From: Azolla caroliniana | Taxonomy: Eukaryota; Plantae; Polypodiophyta | DNA: 64,000 nt | Direction of reading: 5' to 3' | Assembly: GCA_043228905.1 (NCBI GenBank) | Contig: JBHGNT010000007.1 | Coordinates: 15,438,001 to 15,502,000 of the forward strand | Shown: positions 49,401 through 61,848 of the stretch, piece after piece | Layout: each line of letters begins with the position of its first letter | Position numbering within the stretch: position 1 is the stretch's first letter | Notes under the pieces: model-generated | What the model was told of the DNA's origin: nothing | Databases searched by the model: none | What the model saw: only the letters and a program-made list of their open reading frames with translations | Position numbers and translations under genes: made by a program

Positions 49401-50436
49401 TCTCTGGATACTTATTATAGCAGCCCTCCAAACGTCTAACCTTCTTTTGAGGTTTATTAAAAGTCCGCAAAGCTGCAGATTTCTGTTGAATAATAGGTTT
49501 ATGGAACTGCAAAGATGAATCGTTGATCTTCAAATGGGGATTACAAATCTTCAAAGACTCGTACTTCTGCACTTCATGAGATTTCAACGACACCTGCAAG
49601 GATTCACTAAAATTCTGTTCAGCATCGTCATGATGAGGCATGAGATTCCATGGTGATCCCATTAACGATCCATTCCTCTTCACCTGTGCAGCTGGCATAC
49701 TACTGTATTCATAACCGAAAGGCACATTACTCTGCACTAATGATTGCGCTTCCCCTTGCATTTTGGGATGAGATTTTCTTAGCAAGACTTCCGAGGGATT
49801 CTGTAGAGAAACATAATTACAAACAGAAGGTTGGAAATTATGCATTCCAAGCTCGCATTGATTCATCTTCAACACCCATGGCAGATCGTTAGTACTAATA
49901 GTATCAGCGGCAGTATTAGTATTATAAGATATAGCGGAAGCTACTGAGGTTGCATCTTCCATAGCTCGTCGACCGAAGAGATGGTTTACAGGTGAGCTAA
50001 CTAAAAGACAAGGCGAACCATTGCTATACATACGTTTAGTTTCAGCCATGTCCTGCAGAAGATCGGCATTATAGCAAATCGTTTCTCTGCCATCATATCC
50101 GTCCATGACTGAAGCAGTATAGCGCTCCGAGTTCTTCCCTTCTTCAAAAGACAATACCGAGGATGATCTGCCGAAGTCCTGCTGATCTTCTTGAACAAGT
50201 TTCTTCTTAGCCATCAGATCAGTTACAGCAACTATAGCAGGTTCAGTTAGCGTGTTAGCTAAACTGCTTTGCGATGAATGATGTCGAAAATGCAGGGTTT
50301 TGGGAAAGGCTACTCGAATGATAGGAAGGAGAGTCGCCCGATCTTCCTCAGAAAGAGAATCCAGAAGAGCATAGTTGTCAATGTCGCCATTACCATCATC
50401 CGCTAGATCAAACATACAATTCATGGCTGAGTCCAT
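46495..50436 (-). CDS. 1313-aa putative nuclear protein: long S/Q/N-rich disordered region, HARE-HTH-like domain, C-terminal WRC zinc finger
   Basis: Uninterrupted 3.9-kb ORF. WRC motif RCSKTDGRKWRC-x10-CKRH (C-x9-C-x10-C-x2-H) at 46525-46608. Helical segment 47470-47673 (SLSEVLLSMLVESGNHGLTVYEVLKKLLEEG...SHKPQ...RFAL). Basic NLS-like clusters (KRSKGRRKK, RKRK, HKRKR). Confidence 0.88.
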   Translation of the reverse strand: MDSAMNCMFDLADDGNGDIDNYALLDSLSEEDRATLLPIIRVAFPKTLHFRHHSSQSSLANTLTEPAIVAVTDLMAKKKLVQEDQQDFGRSSSVLSFEEGKNSERYTASVMDGYDGRETICYNADLLQDMAETKRMYSNGSPCLLVSSPVNHLFGRRAMEDATSVASAISYNTNTAADTISTNDLPWVLKMNQCELGMHNFQPSVCNYVSLQNPSEVLLRKSHPKMQGEAQSLVQSNVPFGYEYSSMPAAQVKRNGSLMGSPWNLMPHHDDAEQNFSESLQVSLKSHEVQKYESLKICNPHLKINDSSLQFHKPIIQQKSAALRTFNKPQKKVRRLEGCYNKYPEKGSVGSLQVSKSDQGKAESFLKADSAQEHKASSSSLQVSKLQLKVQQNAESLKSFNAGEQINAEVSNAHEQKFSNVSLQQKTNFWKVHKAQQKTVQFGSHPFIANSIVGSPNTLSKNVYNNASDEFVYGTNSLVDPSPDQFANGSSSAYNSQFQHIRSPSVAALELKSSKSLVVQQQENSTNFAEHGNEFGNSMTIAEDSPFNKIPKEGLIHSVLNSQPLENLPLPEMQQISSSKISTMNESPSWLDGDLRKASGMNKNIMLACENHQKPKEVVSTTTMASTPLDHHIFNTVDKAKDENTDQAFLSSHMSRYSNIEKENAKSGNSNPSSREELGINWNGVDLWSGIQSSFPKEDNRVASLSESIVPILLADDNLFLSSIEYMGPSHSINCSLPSLKCITSESSTTTGCQANECNLLDQEVCFDGHASDINGAKQVLSYDMKGSGNSSHEDCPSNGLIHKHYTHEHTFHSNASMSHLPDIGISKLNQSQYLHIDAGAKCKKAVHGEQVSDSFCTEAMCKQRQPLGKDVGCLSNYKRSKGRRKKFAVVDIQAETGRKRQRISEKSMNDPTKSGGEKQAKSLSEVLLSMLVESGNHGLTVYEVLKKLLEEGKTELLGSHKPQALQVKLTLRTLPSVKELPGCRFALIESCVETTNFGNEGYGLWKNGEEKSSPFQPTLCKKPKNQQVKGKFHSLAHKVLKLPQCAHKASIGGATDENHKLGSHEIEERKSSYSCSHKAAFKQRWQRHGKRAETRKRKVTISGDLGAVEVQKEQMHKRKRMPQVHDLDLVIGCHSYREEEEEEEEEDIREDQGSKLCNNSKTFMNDNVGMTPAKAKKMRSTGMRELASLLSSTAVTDRRCIILNDKVVSSDHGRLTKPEDRQGGSNVKQEEGTHGGSSILDMDQSISSLTVKQLEMGESQMKICSSEDQKVNKFAGRCSKTDGRKWRCLQGAEAGSKYCKRHMPKVKRTHNS

Positions 50437-53400
50437 CAGAATAGTACTACTATCATATCCATTTACAGCCTCTCACCTCCTGCGTCAATCGCATGCATTA
50501 TCGGCATATGGTGAAGCTGCGCATGAAGATTCTTCCCCTTCTGCAGTTCCATACAGAGTTCGGAAAGAATCATAGCGCCTTTTTTTCTGTGATAACTAGC
50601 AATCCATCCAGATATTCTTTGAGTCATGTCTCTGGAAAAATCCAGGACTGGAAATCCAGCATACAGAAATCTGTCTCTGGCAGCAGCAGCAGGAGAAGCT
50701 GGATGAAGAAGGGAGTAAGAAACAAAGACATCATGTCAAGACAGACAATTGGTGATCATTGAAACATACAGATTCAGAAGAACAACAGGAAGAAAGAGGG
50801 AGACTAACAGAGATACATCAAGTCACATATGTATATATAACTATATATATAGTAGTGGTTGATGATTCAAATATGTGGATGAAAGCTGAATAGGCGACGT
50901 GATGAAAGACAGCGATTCATGAGGGGTTTCCGGGGGGTTTTTGGTTGCAGGTTCCATGGCGGCGAAGAAGGCAGCCAAAGGAAGAAGAAAGAAGGCTTTC
51001 GGATTCGAACCCGAGACCAGAGAACCGCTCCATCGAATTGATTACCTTGGAGTTTTTTTTTTTTTTTAATTTAAATTTAAATTTTTATTGTTTTTTAATT
51101 TATTATTTGTTTATTTGTTTATTTTTTTCCTTTTTTATTTTTATTTTCCTTACTTTTCTTTTTCATTCTTCTTATATTTTTTTCCTTACTTTTCTTTTTT
51201 CTTTTGTTTTCCTTTTTCTTCTTCTTCTTTTTTCTTTATTTTTATTTTTTTCTTCCTCTTATTTATCTTTTTACTTTTATTTTCAAATTTCAAACCTCCA
51301 TTAAACTAGTTAATTGTTTTTATAATAATAGAGATTTAGCCACTCTCTCCATTACAAGTTACAAGTTACAACCACTAATACTAATTAATTAACAAGTTTT
51401 TGGAGTGTTTTTTTAATCACATTGTTCTGTCATGTTTCCTTTCGGTCATCCCCATTACTATTAGTAGTAGTAGTAGTAGTAGTAGTAGTCTAGAACATTT
51501 GTTCAAACAAGAGTCGGGCCTTGGAAACGGGGTTTGAGTCGCATGAAACCATGATACATTTCACATGGTTTGTTGATTAACACTTGAGTCATTCCTTGGG
51601 CCAATGGCACGAGGTTCTTCAAAATCAATGGCAATATTATGATGTGTTCTTCGATTGATAATTGCCAATTTATGGATAGATAGCAAAGTCAGTCGATCAC
51701 CTCTGATGAATGTTCGAACATATAAAGATAGTTGTATCATCAATGTAGTAGCTCTACACTCCCTAAAAAGATCCTAGATTTCCTTTCTTTGGACGAGCAA
51801 TATAATTTTCTTTCTTCGATTTTGTCCCAAAGCTGTAACTCTCTTGGATGCACTATCATTAACATATCCAAGACTCTCTACGTAATCAACAAAGAAAACC
51901 ATAATTTAACGACAAATATGCAACCCCCTAGATTGCATACATAGGAGGAGAGAGAGAGAGAGAGTTATGTGGATATCAGGAGAAAGTGTCATTCATACCA
52001 ATAACCTTGACATGAAGTGTCTATGAATAGTTGTAAATTGAGTGCCTAGGTCATAAAGCAATGGCAACTTGTTCCAACAAGTAGGTGAGGGATAATCAAT
52101 ACATTGGATGAGTGCCAATGGAAATGATAGCCAAAACATGTGAAGAATGGAAAGGGACGCAATGAGATTTTGGCAATAAACTTCATATCGACACAAATTG
52201 ATCAACAATTATGTGAACACCATCCATGTGTATGGGGACCAAGTTCCATATGTGAGCTACAACTACAAACTTGACATCAAAGGTAAGGGATAGCTAAATA
52301 TGGCTATTATATGTTCTCCAAAATTGGATCTCTCCCTAGAGAAACCTCCTAAAGGTGAAGTTTATTCTAATTTGAGCTTTTTATAGCTTTTTCTTCTTAT
52401 TTTATTTACTAAGCTTCTTCTTTCTTTTTTAACTCGCTTTGATAAAGTTCAAAAAGCCCCTCCTCAAGAAATAGGGTTTTTTTTTAACAGCTTATCATCC
52501 CTAAATCTGTGTACTTTCCAAAACCTTAACTCTTGTACGTTTCTATATGTGAACCTAGTTTTACATGACATTAACATACATTCATTTTGTTCATATTTGT
52601 GCATAATGACACACGATCTTGACGATTATCATGTATTCTGATTCTTTGGAAAACTAGATTTTTGTGAGACCTAGATAAATCCTTCTTTACGTCAGCTTGG
52701 AAGAGTTTTGCTTGAAATCATGTGGTTAGCTCATCATTGCATTGATAATGTCCTTACCTCTAAAATAACATGTTGCTAGATCTAACAACACTTCATAGAC
52801 AACTTAACATGTTTGATTGACTAGAGGCCATGTCTATGAAGCTTTAAAGTAATGTGATGCTTCGTGATAAGGTCATGGGGTTCAAGACTTTAAAACCAAT
52901 TGGTCTCATTAGACCAATGCACACGTCAACTGTCATTGCATTGGGCAAGGAAACCTTTACTTTACTAGTTTTTGGGTTTAATCTCATCCCAAAAAAGATA
53001 ACAAACAATCATGACATGCCGAATGTGCCATAGGATGCTAGAGCTCAAACTCCTCCATGAATGTATGTAAAGACAAGCACCACATCACATAGCGGATTTA
53101 TGGGGAACTTCGGTTGCATGCTCCTATGGTTGGCCGGCCACTCAATTATATTGCTCCATGGCAAAATATTTGGAGTTTAAATTGCTTGCATGACTTTCAC
53201 AACATCATGGTGGAACACAAATGTACAAGAATCCGACTCATACATGCTTCATTTTAGCTCCAATCAAGTATAAACCTCATGATCTTTGTGTGTTGTGAAT
53301 AGATTTGTCATGGAACCTAGGCCACAATGCTTAGTAGGAAGTTACTCCTTTTCTATGAGGGGTACATGGACAATAACCATAGAAGTTATTCCAAATAGGA

Positions 53401-54340
53401 AGTATCCTTTGTTTAGTTTCAAAAAGTGTGCTCACTTATTTTCAAAACAAAGTGTATATGCTTTGTTAAAATGATGGCTCCTCCTCACATTAAAATTAAG
53501 GGATGCAACGAACCTTAAAGGCATTTATATGAGCTTATAACGATTAGTTCGTAATGATTAAGAAATGAGCCTTGCTAATTCTAGCAATTAATTATTGACT
53601 CCTCCCTAAGTGGCAATATGTCCTGCTTGAGGTAAATTGCTTAATTAAACAAGGAATAGATGATGAAAGAGCACTCTTAATCGTGGATTCAACATAAATT
53701 TTCACGTGATTAGGACCTATGCTTTGACCAAACACATAAATACTTTTGTAGTTTTGAGAACAATCTAACCTTTGGATATTCTAATGCATGTAGCCCTATT
53801 TTAGTAACTGATAGTGTCTTAAAATATTGCACCCCAAAACCATCGTCGAATAACTAGTTTGACCCATCTTGAAATAATGCTTGCCAAAACCCATTGAACA
53901 ACTAATCTAGTAATGAATATATTCAAGCATATCATTTTCCCAAAGCACCAGCTTCCACTTTGTCATCCCCAATCGACAAAAAACCAAGAATCACAATCAC
54001 GACACCACGTTCACATGAACATGAATGTAGAAAATCACGGTGAAAGTGCACATCCCACATGAACTAAAATAATGCAAATCCACTAAATAAAATATCTCCA
54101 TGTCTTGGACATGAACAACAAAATTATATCAAAACAATGAAGTGACACCATAGCTTCTTTTTTCTTTAGCATCAAACAACAAAATTATATCAATGAAATG
54201 AGTGACACGCACATAACAGGTCCCAAGATTGTGTTTCAATAACATTGTAAGCCACTAAGTGAGAACATGGCCAACCATGTGGCCTCGCTCTTACAACTAT
54301 TTGTGAGGGTCTTCTAGGAAGTAATCCGTGGCCAGTCTTC

Positions 54341-54715
54341 AAGGTTAGGAAGGAATCCTTGGCTGATCCATTAGGACATTGACAACATGAGCCATTTGAC
54401 AATGATTTCATCGACGTAATCTTAAATGTCTAAAGATTAGTCACCATGAAAATTTCTTCTAATGCCAATTAATTGCAGCGATTAATTTTAAAACCCAAGC
54501 CCAATTGTATGATCCATTAGCCAAGTCCATTAGGATTAGGAAGTAATCTACAGCTGATCCATTAGGACATTGGCAACATGAGCTAGTCCACAATGTTTTC
54601 ATCAACATAATCTTGAAACTCTGAAGATTACTGACCACACAAATTTGTTCTAAGGCTAGTTAATCACAGACTGCAGTGATTAATTTTAAGAAACCCAAGT
54701 CTGATTGTATGATCC
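54341..54715. repeat. Diverged ~190-bp tandem duplication
   Basis: GCTGATCCATTAGGACATTG.CAACATGAGC...GATTAATTTT...AAACCCAAG...ATTGTATGATCC occurs twice. Confidence 0.8.
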
Positions 54716-55959
54716 TTGAAGCCTGTTACTGACAATTTGACTACTTTGTACTCACTTTTGACAAGAATAACAGATCAATATAGATAAAATCCCTGAACAT
54801 AACCCAATAGAGATACTGTGTACAATTAAAGACATTGCATGCAACTACCTGACCGCATCTTATCAATAAAATATGTTGAAGACAATGGTAGTCTGATACA
54901 TACATATTTGTTAATACACGAATAGCAGCCCATCAAATATCTTTACACAATTATGGCTATGGCAATTTCCAAAAATCAGCCCCATCAAAACATGACAATC
55001 GTGGCTATTGCTATTTCCAAAAATCAACAGGTTCTTAATTAGCTCCTATTCTTTCCATCTAAATGAAGAGATTTCATTATGATAAAATGCCATGTATCAT
55101 CATAATACAGTACCATGATTATCTGTAGACTCCACAATTACATTGCCTTCCATACTAAAACAAAAACATATAATGAATTTCAAACGTGAAATGATAATCC
55201 CATATGATCGACATTACAGAGACAGCTAAGAGATCATCATTGATTTTTACTTTGTATAACATTCACCAATGAATATATGACAAAAAAGAAAAAGAAAATA
55301 CCCCCCAAAAAACCAAGCCAATCAATTATATGCAATTGGTCACATCTGTAACCTAAATCCACATTATCCCAATCAAAACACCTATCCTTGTTTCCTTTTG
55401 ATGAATCGGTATATTCTTGCAACCAAGAGTCAGGTCAAGCACATTGGGTAACAGCCCCTTCACTGAATCCAGGATCAATTCCATACAACCCTTGAATTGA
55501 ATGAATTTATCAGCAAAATCTTCTCGGACACTTCCTCATTAACAATTTTCAGAGACATGCATAGCAAGTGTCTCCATTGCTAGCATTGTACTGAACGCAT
55601 TAGATTCAACCCAAAAGTATTTCAGTTGCTCATTATCCACATATGGTATTCATCATCATTCATTTGAATGACACATTGATGATTAGCAACACATTTGGCC
55701 ATAAAGACTGACAAATAGTGGGTTTTCTTCTGGATGATTCCATTCTTGTAGTAATGCATTAGAGCTTTTGAGAATACTGACGAATAGACATAAGAGAATC
55801 AAATGTGCTACCTAAGAGGTAGTGCACACCCTGTTTTCTGTGGCACTAATCTTCAATAAACATATTCAGTACCCTGTCTTCAGTAATATAGCCTACACTA
55901 AAATTCTCCATCTCCACTCATTTGACAATTCATTTATTTTCCTCTTAAACGAGAACCTA

Positions 55960-57970
55960 TCACGATAGATAGACCTCAACACATGCACTTCTTTGTGAAT
56001 CACAGATTGGGCACTTCTCGACATCACTTTGGCAATTACTACATATGCACAGATGCATGCACGGCACAAGCACAATGCAAGCTTCCATTGCCATGCACTT
56101 CTTGCAATATCTCTTCATGTCTACTAAAGACAAAGAACTAGTTTCTTTCATTGCAACCATCATTGCTCTTGTCTTTTGAGCTCCGTCACTATCATCAACA
56201 TGTGTTGAGATGGCATCCTCAGCTTCATTATCGCCATATCCTTCTATATGTATATGTTCCCTACTTTGGTTGATCAATGCTTGTTGAAGATTCGCTCTTA
56301 ACATGGCCACCATTGCCTCATAGCTTTTTGCTTTACTTTGCCATATATGGGTCTCCATGCCAATTTGTTTAAGCCTCTGTTCTAGTTCCATATTTCTCCT
56401 GTTCACCCTCTCTAGTTCAACTTCTCGATCCCTCATTCTATGAGATAGTTGTTCTTCAACCGTAGCAAGAAAATGCTTTGCATTTGATTGCATTTTATCC
56501 AGCAAAGCATGCCGTAATTGATCAATCTGCAATTATCACATACAAAAACTATGAATCCTGAGGAAGAACTGCCGGTCGGATAGGAATTCATGAAGATTGT
56601 AAAGATCCAAGATTGTATTTAGAAGCCACGACAGGCCGATATACTACTTGCCAAAAGGGTATTACAGAATCATATACCGTGATTTAATAACTACTTTCTA
56701 GCATCTTAGCAGCCATTATTTGGAGATTTCTTTTTTTATAAATGACACTGGGAACCATGCATTGTGACCTGCCTAACCTCTATTCTGCAAAAAGCGTATG
56801 GCACAATCAATCATGAACCACAACTTGATGGTGGTTTAGCGAACACACTCATCAGCACTAGATGTATGTATCATACCTGGATTTTGATAACTTGGTTCAA
56901 ATCGTCCTGTTGATGCAACAAGGTTGAGGATATATCATCACCACCATTGAACATCATTCGCCCGGAGGCAGAAACAGAAGCAGCGGTAGTAGAGGCAGGC
57001 ATCGAGGTCCCCATGTCTGGCCTAGAACTGGTGACAGTAGACCGATCATCATCCAACGCGAGACGGAGACCAGTAGACACACCGCAGGTATTATTATTGA
57101 TTGGAGCTGATGGGAGAGCACAAGCATGGCCTTTGTTCAAATCTGGTGACCTTTCGCTACTCATCAGCGCCTTTCGTCTCTTTCTCTGCCTCTGTGGAGC
57201 AGAGATACTCTCTATGGCGTTATTCTGCATTTGATTGAGTTGCTGCCGGTGAATATCTGATATGGTGGGTATCATGGAAGTGGTAACTGCGAGAAGAGAA
57301 GATGAACAGAAGAAAATGTATTAGGCAGAGCAAGAAGCCATATCAAATACATGTCAGGGAAGGAAAAGACGCAGAAATCTGGCAAGAGACTAAATTAAAC
57401 GTGCAGAGATAAATGCATTGCCATCCGCGCACATACATAATACGCATTGAATTGGTCTATTGTTGATGGTGGCGATTGAAAAATCGCATAAATGCGTTTG
57501 AATAAGCTTATTGTTGGCGATGGTGATGATGGCAATGAATACCTGGTGGGAGAAGCATGGCCTGTTGATGTTGATGATGATGATGATGCTGCTGATTCTG
57601 ATTCTGATTCTGATACTGATGTTGGTGGTTATGGCTATGGCTATGGCTATGGAGGAAGAGATTGCTGGTGTCTTGACCTGTGAGAGGGAAGGAGAGAAGG
57701 AGACTGCGGGGGTCCAAATTAGGGTTAACATTCGCGTTATTCACGTTGCAAAGATCCATGGCCGACACTCGCTGCGCGCTAGGCCTGCATTTCAAAGGAG
57801 AGAGAGAGAGAGAAAGAAGTCAGGCAAACGGAGAGTAGACGGAGATGAAAGAAAGAAGAAGCGAATTAGGGCAAGGCGGGGAGAGAGAAAAGCAGGAGGG
57901 GAGAAGGAGATGTGAATTAGGGCAGGAATCGAGGACAAAATACATATAGATATAGATATAGATATCAAGA

Positions 57971-58010
<40 letters not shown>

Positions 58011-58068
58011 ACCTGATGCGGAGATCGTTGAGAAGGGTATGGGAGGGATTGTGTGCTTGAACAGCCAT
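55960..58068 (-). CDS. BOI-related / S-RNase-binding-protein (SBP1)-type RING-HC E3 ubiquitin ligase, ~424 aa, 4 exons
   Basis: Exons 58068-58013, 57784-57543, 57286-56877, 56526-55960; GT-AG, 1275 nt in frame. N-terminal MAVQA, VSTGLRLAL motif, coiled coil (RDREVELERVNRRNMELEQRLKQ..E...WQ.KAK), EGYGD.EAEDA and RING CKKC...VLVPCMHLCICSNC...CPIC. Confidence 0.95.
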
Positions 58069-58349
58069 AGCCAACGGCAGGAGAAGAGAAACTAGAGGTG
58101 CTCTGTAGATTGGGAGGAGAGAAAGAAAAGACAGAGAAGGGAGGGGAGGGGGTATGTGTTTGTGAAGGAAGGAAGGAAAGACACAAGGAAGGACAGAAGA
58201 AGAAGAAGAAGAAGAAGAAGAAGAAGGCGAAAGGAGGCGTCTAGACAGAGAGTGAAGGGAAGAAGGGATGGGGGCGGATATGGAAGGTAAAATAGGTACA
58301 CATACATATATGATATATGATATATGTATGTATATCATGCAGTTTCCAG

Positions 58350-58380
<31 letters not shown>

Positions 58381-58656
58381 TGGCAGGTTGCGGCGGCCAA
58401 GATGGGCAGGCAGGCCCAGAGATGGGCAGCTCAGAAGAAGAAGAAAAAAAAAACAGGAAGGAAACACACCCACACACTTTTTAGTTCGTTTCTCTCTCTC
58501 TCTCTCTTTTTTGTTGCATGACGGGGACTCGGGAGGGAGGGCGACCTATTTCTCTCATTCAATTAAATTTTTATTCACGAATCTATTTTTTGAGCTTCTT
58601 TTGTTTTTTGTTTTTTGTTTTTTTTTTTTTGCTGATTCAATAACTGCCACGTCGTC

Positions 58657-58702
<46 letters not shown>

Positions 58703-58782
58703 CAGCACGCTTTTGGCTCGCTCCCGCCCCGCGAAGGGAGGGAGGGAGGGGGGGGGGGGGGGCCTTTAAAATCTCTGCTATC

Positions 58783-58829
58783 CGTCAGCCCGTCAGTCAG
58801 TCAGTCCGCCAGTCCGTCAGTCAAGTCAT
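58783..58829 (-). promoter_or_regulatory. TGAC/TGACG core cluster upstream of the E3 ligase gene
   Basis: 7 GTCA cores in 47 bp, including 3 CGTCA and one AGTCAA (W-box TTGACT on the minus strand), ~720 bp upstream of the ATG. Confidence 0.4.
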
Positions 58830-59699
58830 AACTGCCCATCCTACTTACTACACACACGATAGTATGTATATATGTACATACATACGCCCTTTCCTTCTTA
58901 CTTTTACCTCCTCTACCTCTATACATACATATATATAGCCTTCTTTCTTTTACTTAAAAGGTTCCGCCCCCGGCCATCTCACTCTACACATTTCCGATTG
59001 ATTCACGAATAAGGTTGTTTGCTCGTAGCCCCCCCCCCCCACCCACTTACTTCTCCCTCGTAAAGGAGAGTGAGTTTGCATGTGGCGGGTTCTGTGTCAT
59101 GGGACATCCTCGCACATGCTCAACATTCAAGTATGTAAAAAAACAAAGAAAAAAGCATGCACTTGCCACAACTCGGAGATTATTGGTGATCGATCGGGAA
59201 GAAGGTGTCTTGAATCCTCTAAGCTTTCATCCTTCCCTCGTTTGCAAACCAAGTGAGAAGATAGATGGTCAACAACTCGCCGTCAAACTCCCTATCTCCC
59301 TCCTACCTACCTACCTACCTCACTTTTGTATCCCATACCATTCTTTTGCCCACCTTCACAACCTCTCTTGAGTCCTCACTGAAAAACCAACACGATGATT
59401 TGTACTACTGATAGTTCGTGGACATGTCGGTCTCTCATTCATGTAAGAATGCCATCTCTCCTACCAGTCGCTCATGTATCCATCTCATCAAAGTGACAAA
59501 TATATAAACAGTAAGTAGTCCACAGAAGTTGTACGAGCATACATATATGTAAAGTGTGTATGTAATAAAGTACAATTGTTTCATATCCCAAAGAAAATGC
59601 AATAGAATCTATGTCGTTCTTGTATCAAACTGAGCTTTTGTCATGTGCTACATAGAACAAAAGTGTTGTCCATTTAAACCATTCGCACCTTTTCCCACT

Positions 59700-61150
59700 C
59701 AAAAGTTTTTGTAATGGAGGTACAACTATGCACAAAATGGTAGGTCTAGGATAGAAGCAACCAAAGAACATTGCCTCTTATGTCATCTAATGTGAATAGG
59801 TCTTTGTAATTTGAAAAACAACTAGCAAACTTTGGCATAGTTCCAATGGTATATATGGCTTTTGTCAATATGATGAGAAGATGTAGAAACAGAAGAATAA
59901 CGACTATAAAGTTTGGATTAGCCTTCGGGGTCATTAAAAATATCAAGGAATCACAATTGTTATTCACCACATATTGCATTAAATGAATAAAAAAAAGTGT
60001 GTCGTGTATATTTTAGCTCAAGGAAACTACCTGATAACAATATTAATAGTGAAGCAAATTACGTTTTCAACCTTTAGCTACACTTTGCATGACAACCTTC
60101 ACAAAGTACCAAATCTAATGGTGCTTCTATTTTACGATGGTTGCTCCTTCATCGGTTGCTTGTCTAGAGGGTACTCTTTGGTCATGGCAACCTTAATGGT
60201 GCTTCCCTTGTGCAATAATCGTGCTTCACAACTATGATCATTGCTCCTCAAATAGAAGTTCTGAATACATATATTCTACCAATATAAGTCCTCCTCCACC
60301 ATGTATCTTGCCAAGGATCAAAACAATGTTCTTTCTTTCTTGCAATCTCTAGAGCCTCCTGATATGCCATTTCTCTTGTGTGGGCTATCACCATTTGTAG
60401 ACATGCACGACATCACCACCTGTGTTATTATTAATATTGTCACTGCCATAAATCTTCAACATTTTGCTAGCTATCGTTGTTGTTTGTTCAAATGCTTTAA
60501 GTGTCTACGTGGTCCACAAGAAAGGAATGTTGGGGAAACACTTTTTCTATGTAGAAGGGATTTGAGAGCAAGAAGATATATTGTATATATGTATATATAT
60601 ATATATATATATAATGTAAAAGTTGTGGCATGCTATAATGCTACAAAAGAACATAATTAAAAAACTAGCACTTAGGTCAAGTACCTTATCACAAAGTACT
60701 AGATTTGGCATTTGTACAGCTAATTCATGCTTTCACTTAACATGGGCATTGTGTCGATGTTATTGTGCACACTCGAGCACTACCATTGAGGTGCATGGTT
60801 GGCCCTTCTCTTTTGATAAAATATAATCTCTATCATATGTTCATATTGATCTCCTTCGCCATCTCAATGGCAACAACCTTTACATGGCCGTAAGTCTACC
60901 ATTTACACATGTGTGGTTGCATCTGTTGAAGGCCATTCCCTTACCTATCTCCTTTCTTCATGAGAATTTTCTTGACTTGTCCACCTTCCTCCCATTGTAT
61001 TTCTGATTCATTTCTATTGTTCTAGCTGTAATTCGAGATTAGAAGTTTGATTCCAAAGCAATGCTTGCTTTCCCAAAAGCACATAATATACTCCTTCCAA
61101 GTAAAGTAGTTGAATCTTAACCATCATTCATCTTGCTTTGCTTTTATTAA
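59700..61150 (-). mobile_element. Possible heavily decayed Mutator-like transposase remnant
   Basis: Fragmentary minus-strand reading near 60490-60550 (KVF-PNIPFLW..*TLKAF, needing a frameshift) resembles the MULE VFP...LC.WH..KA motif. Many stops. Confidence 0.3.
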
Positions 61151-61576
61151 AACTTTAAGTCCTAATAGTAAAAGCATGACTATATATATTCAGCTACAAA
61201 ATTGTGAACATCTTATAAAAATCTTATTTTTGAGTAGGGTTCAATGAGTTGTCATTAAGGTAGGGAAGGGATTATGATTGTACAAGTAGGCAAATTGCAA
61301 AAGTTTAATGAAAGTTTGAGCAAACTATTCTATGGTAAGATTACATATCTTAAGTAAAGAGAAAGGAAAGAATGGCTTTTGATGGTGTAAATCTAGGAGG
61401 TCATAATCATGTGGCATGCCACATAGTAGTAGGTATTTTGTGGGGCTAAATGAGTAGGTTACCAAAGGGTTTGACTCTAAAACATAAAGAAGCCAAAGGA
61501 TATTTAATGTGACTAGATGAGTTTTAGAGGCTACGGCATGGTATGAAAGCGTACTACCTAACATCATCATGTCAGG

Positions 61577-61848
61577 GAGAGTCTAATTGACATGGATTCA
61601 AATGAACACGTGAAAATGTTAGTATGACAATGGTATGAGCCGATGACAATGACGGCAAAAAAAGCGAGGAAGCCAACAGACAGATGTCCCATGTAGCGAG
61701 GGGATGGAGAGGAGAGTGTAATTTACATGGATTCAAACACGTGAAAATGATAATTTGAGAATGGTACGAGCCAATGACAACATTAACAAAAAGAAGAAGA
61801 CGAGGAGCAAGCTGAGAGACCGATGTCTCGTGTAGCGAGGGGATGGAC
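61577..61848. repeat. ~135-bp tandem duplication
   Basis: GAGAGT.TAATT.ACATGGATTCAAA..CACGTGAAAATG...GTAGCGAGGGGATGGA occurs twice. Confidence 0.85.

Noticed and set aside
50990-51045. GGTTCGAATCC B-box on the minus strand suggesting a tRNA or SINE
   Set aside because: No acceptor, D or anticodon stems and no convincing A-box.
50945-51392. Phe/Leu-rich ORFs resembling membrane proteins
   Set aside because: Translation of a T-rich low-complexity tract upstream of the WRC gene.
51540-53520. Coding-like sequence possibly from an old transposon
   Set aside because: No recognisable motif, TIR or open frame; I cannot support a call.
57390-58831. Many overlapping ORFs (ER/SL/MMM repeats) around the E3 ligase 5' end
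   Set aside because: Microsatellite translations or antisense/alternate frames of real exons.
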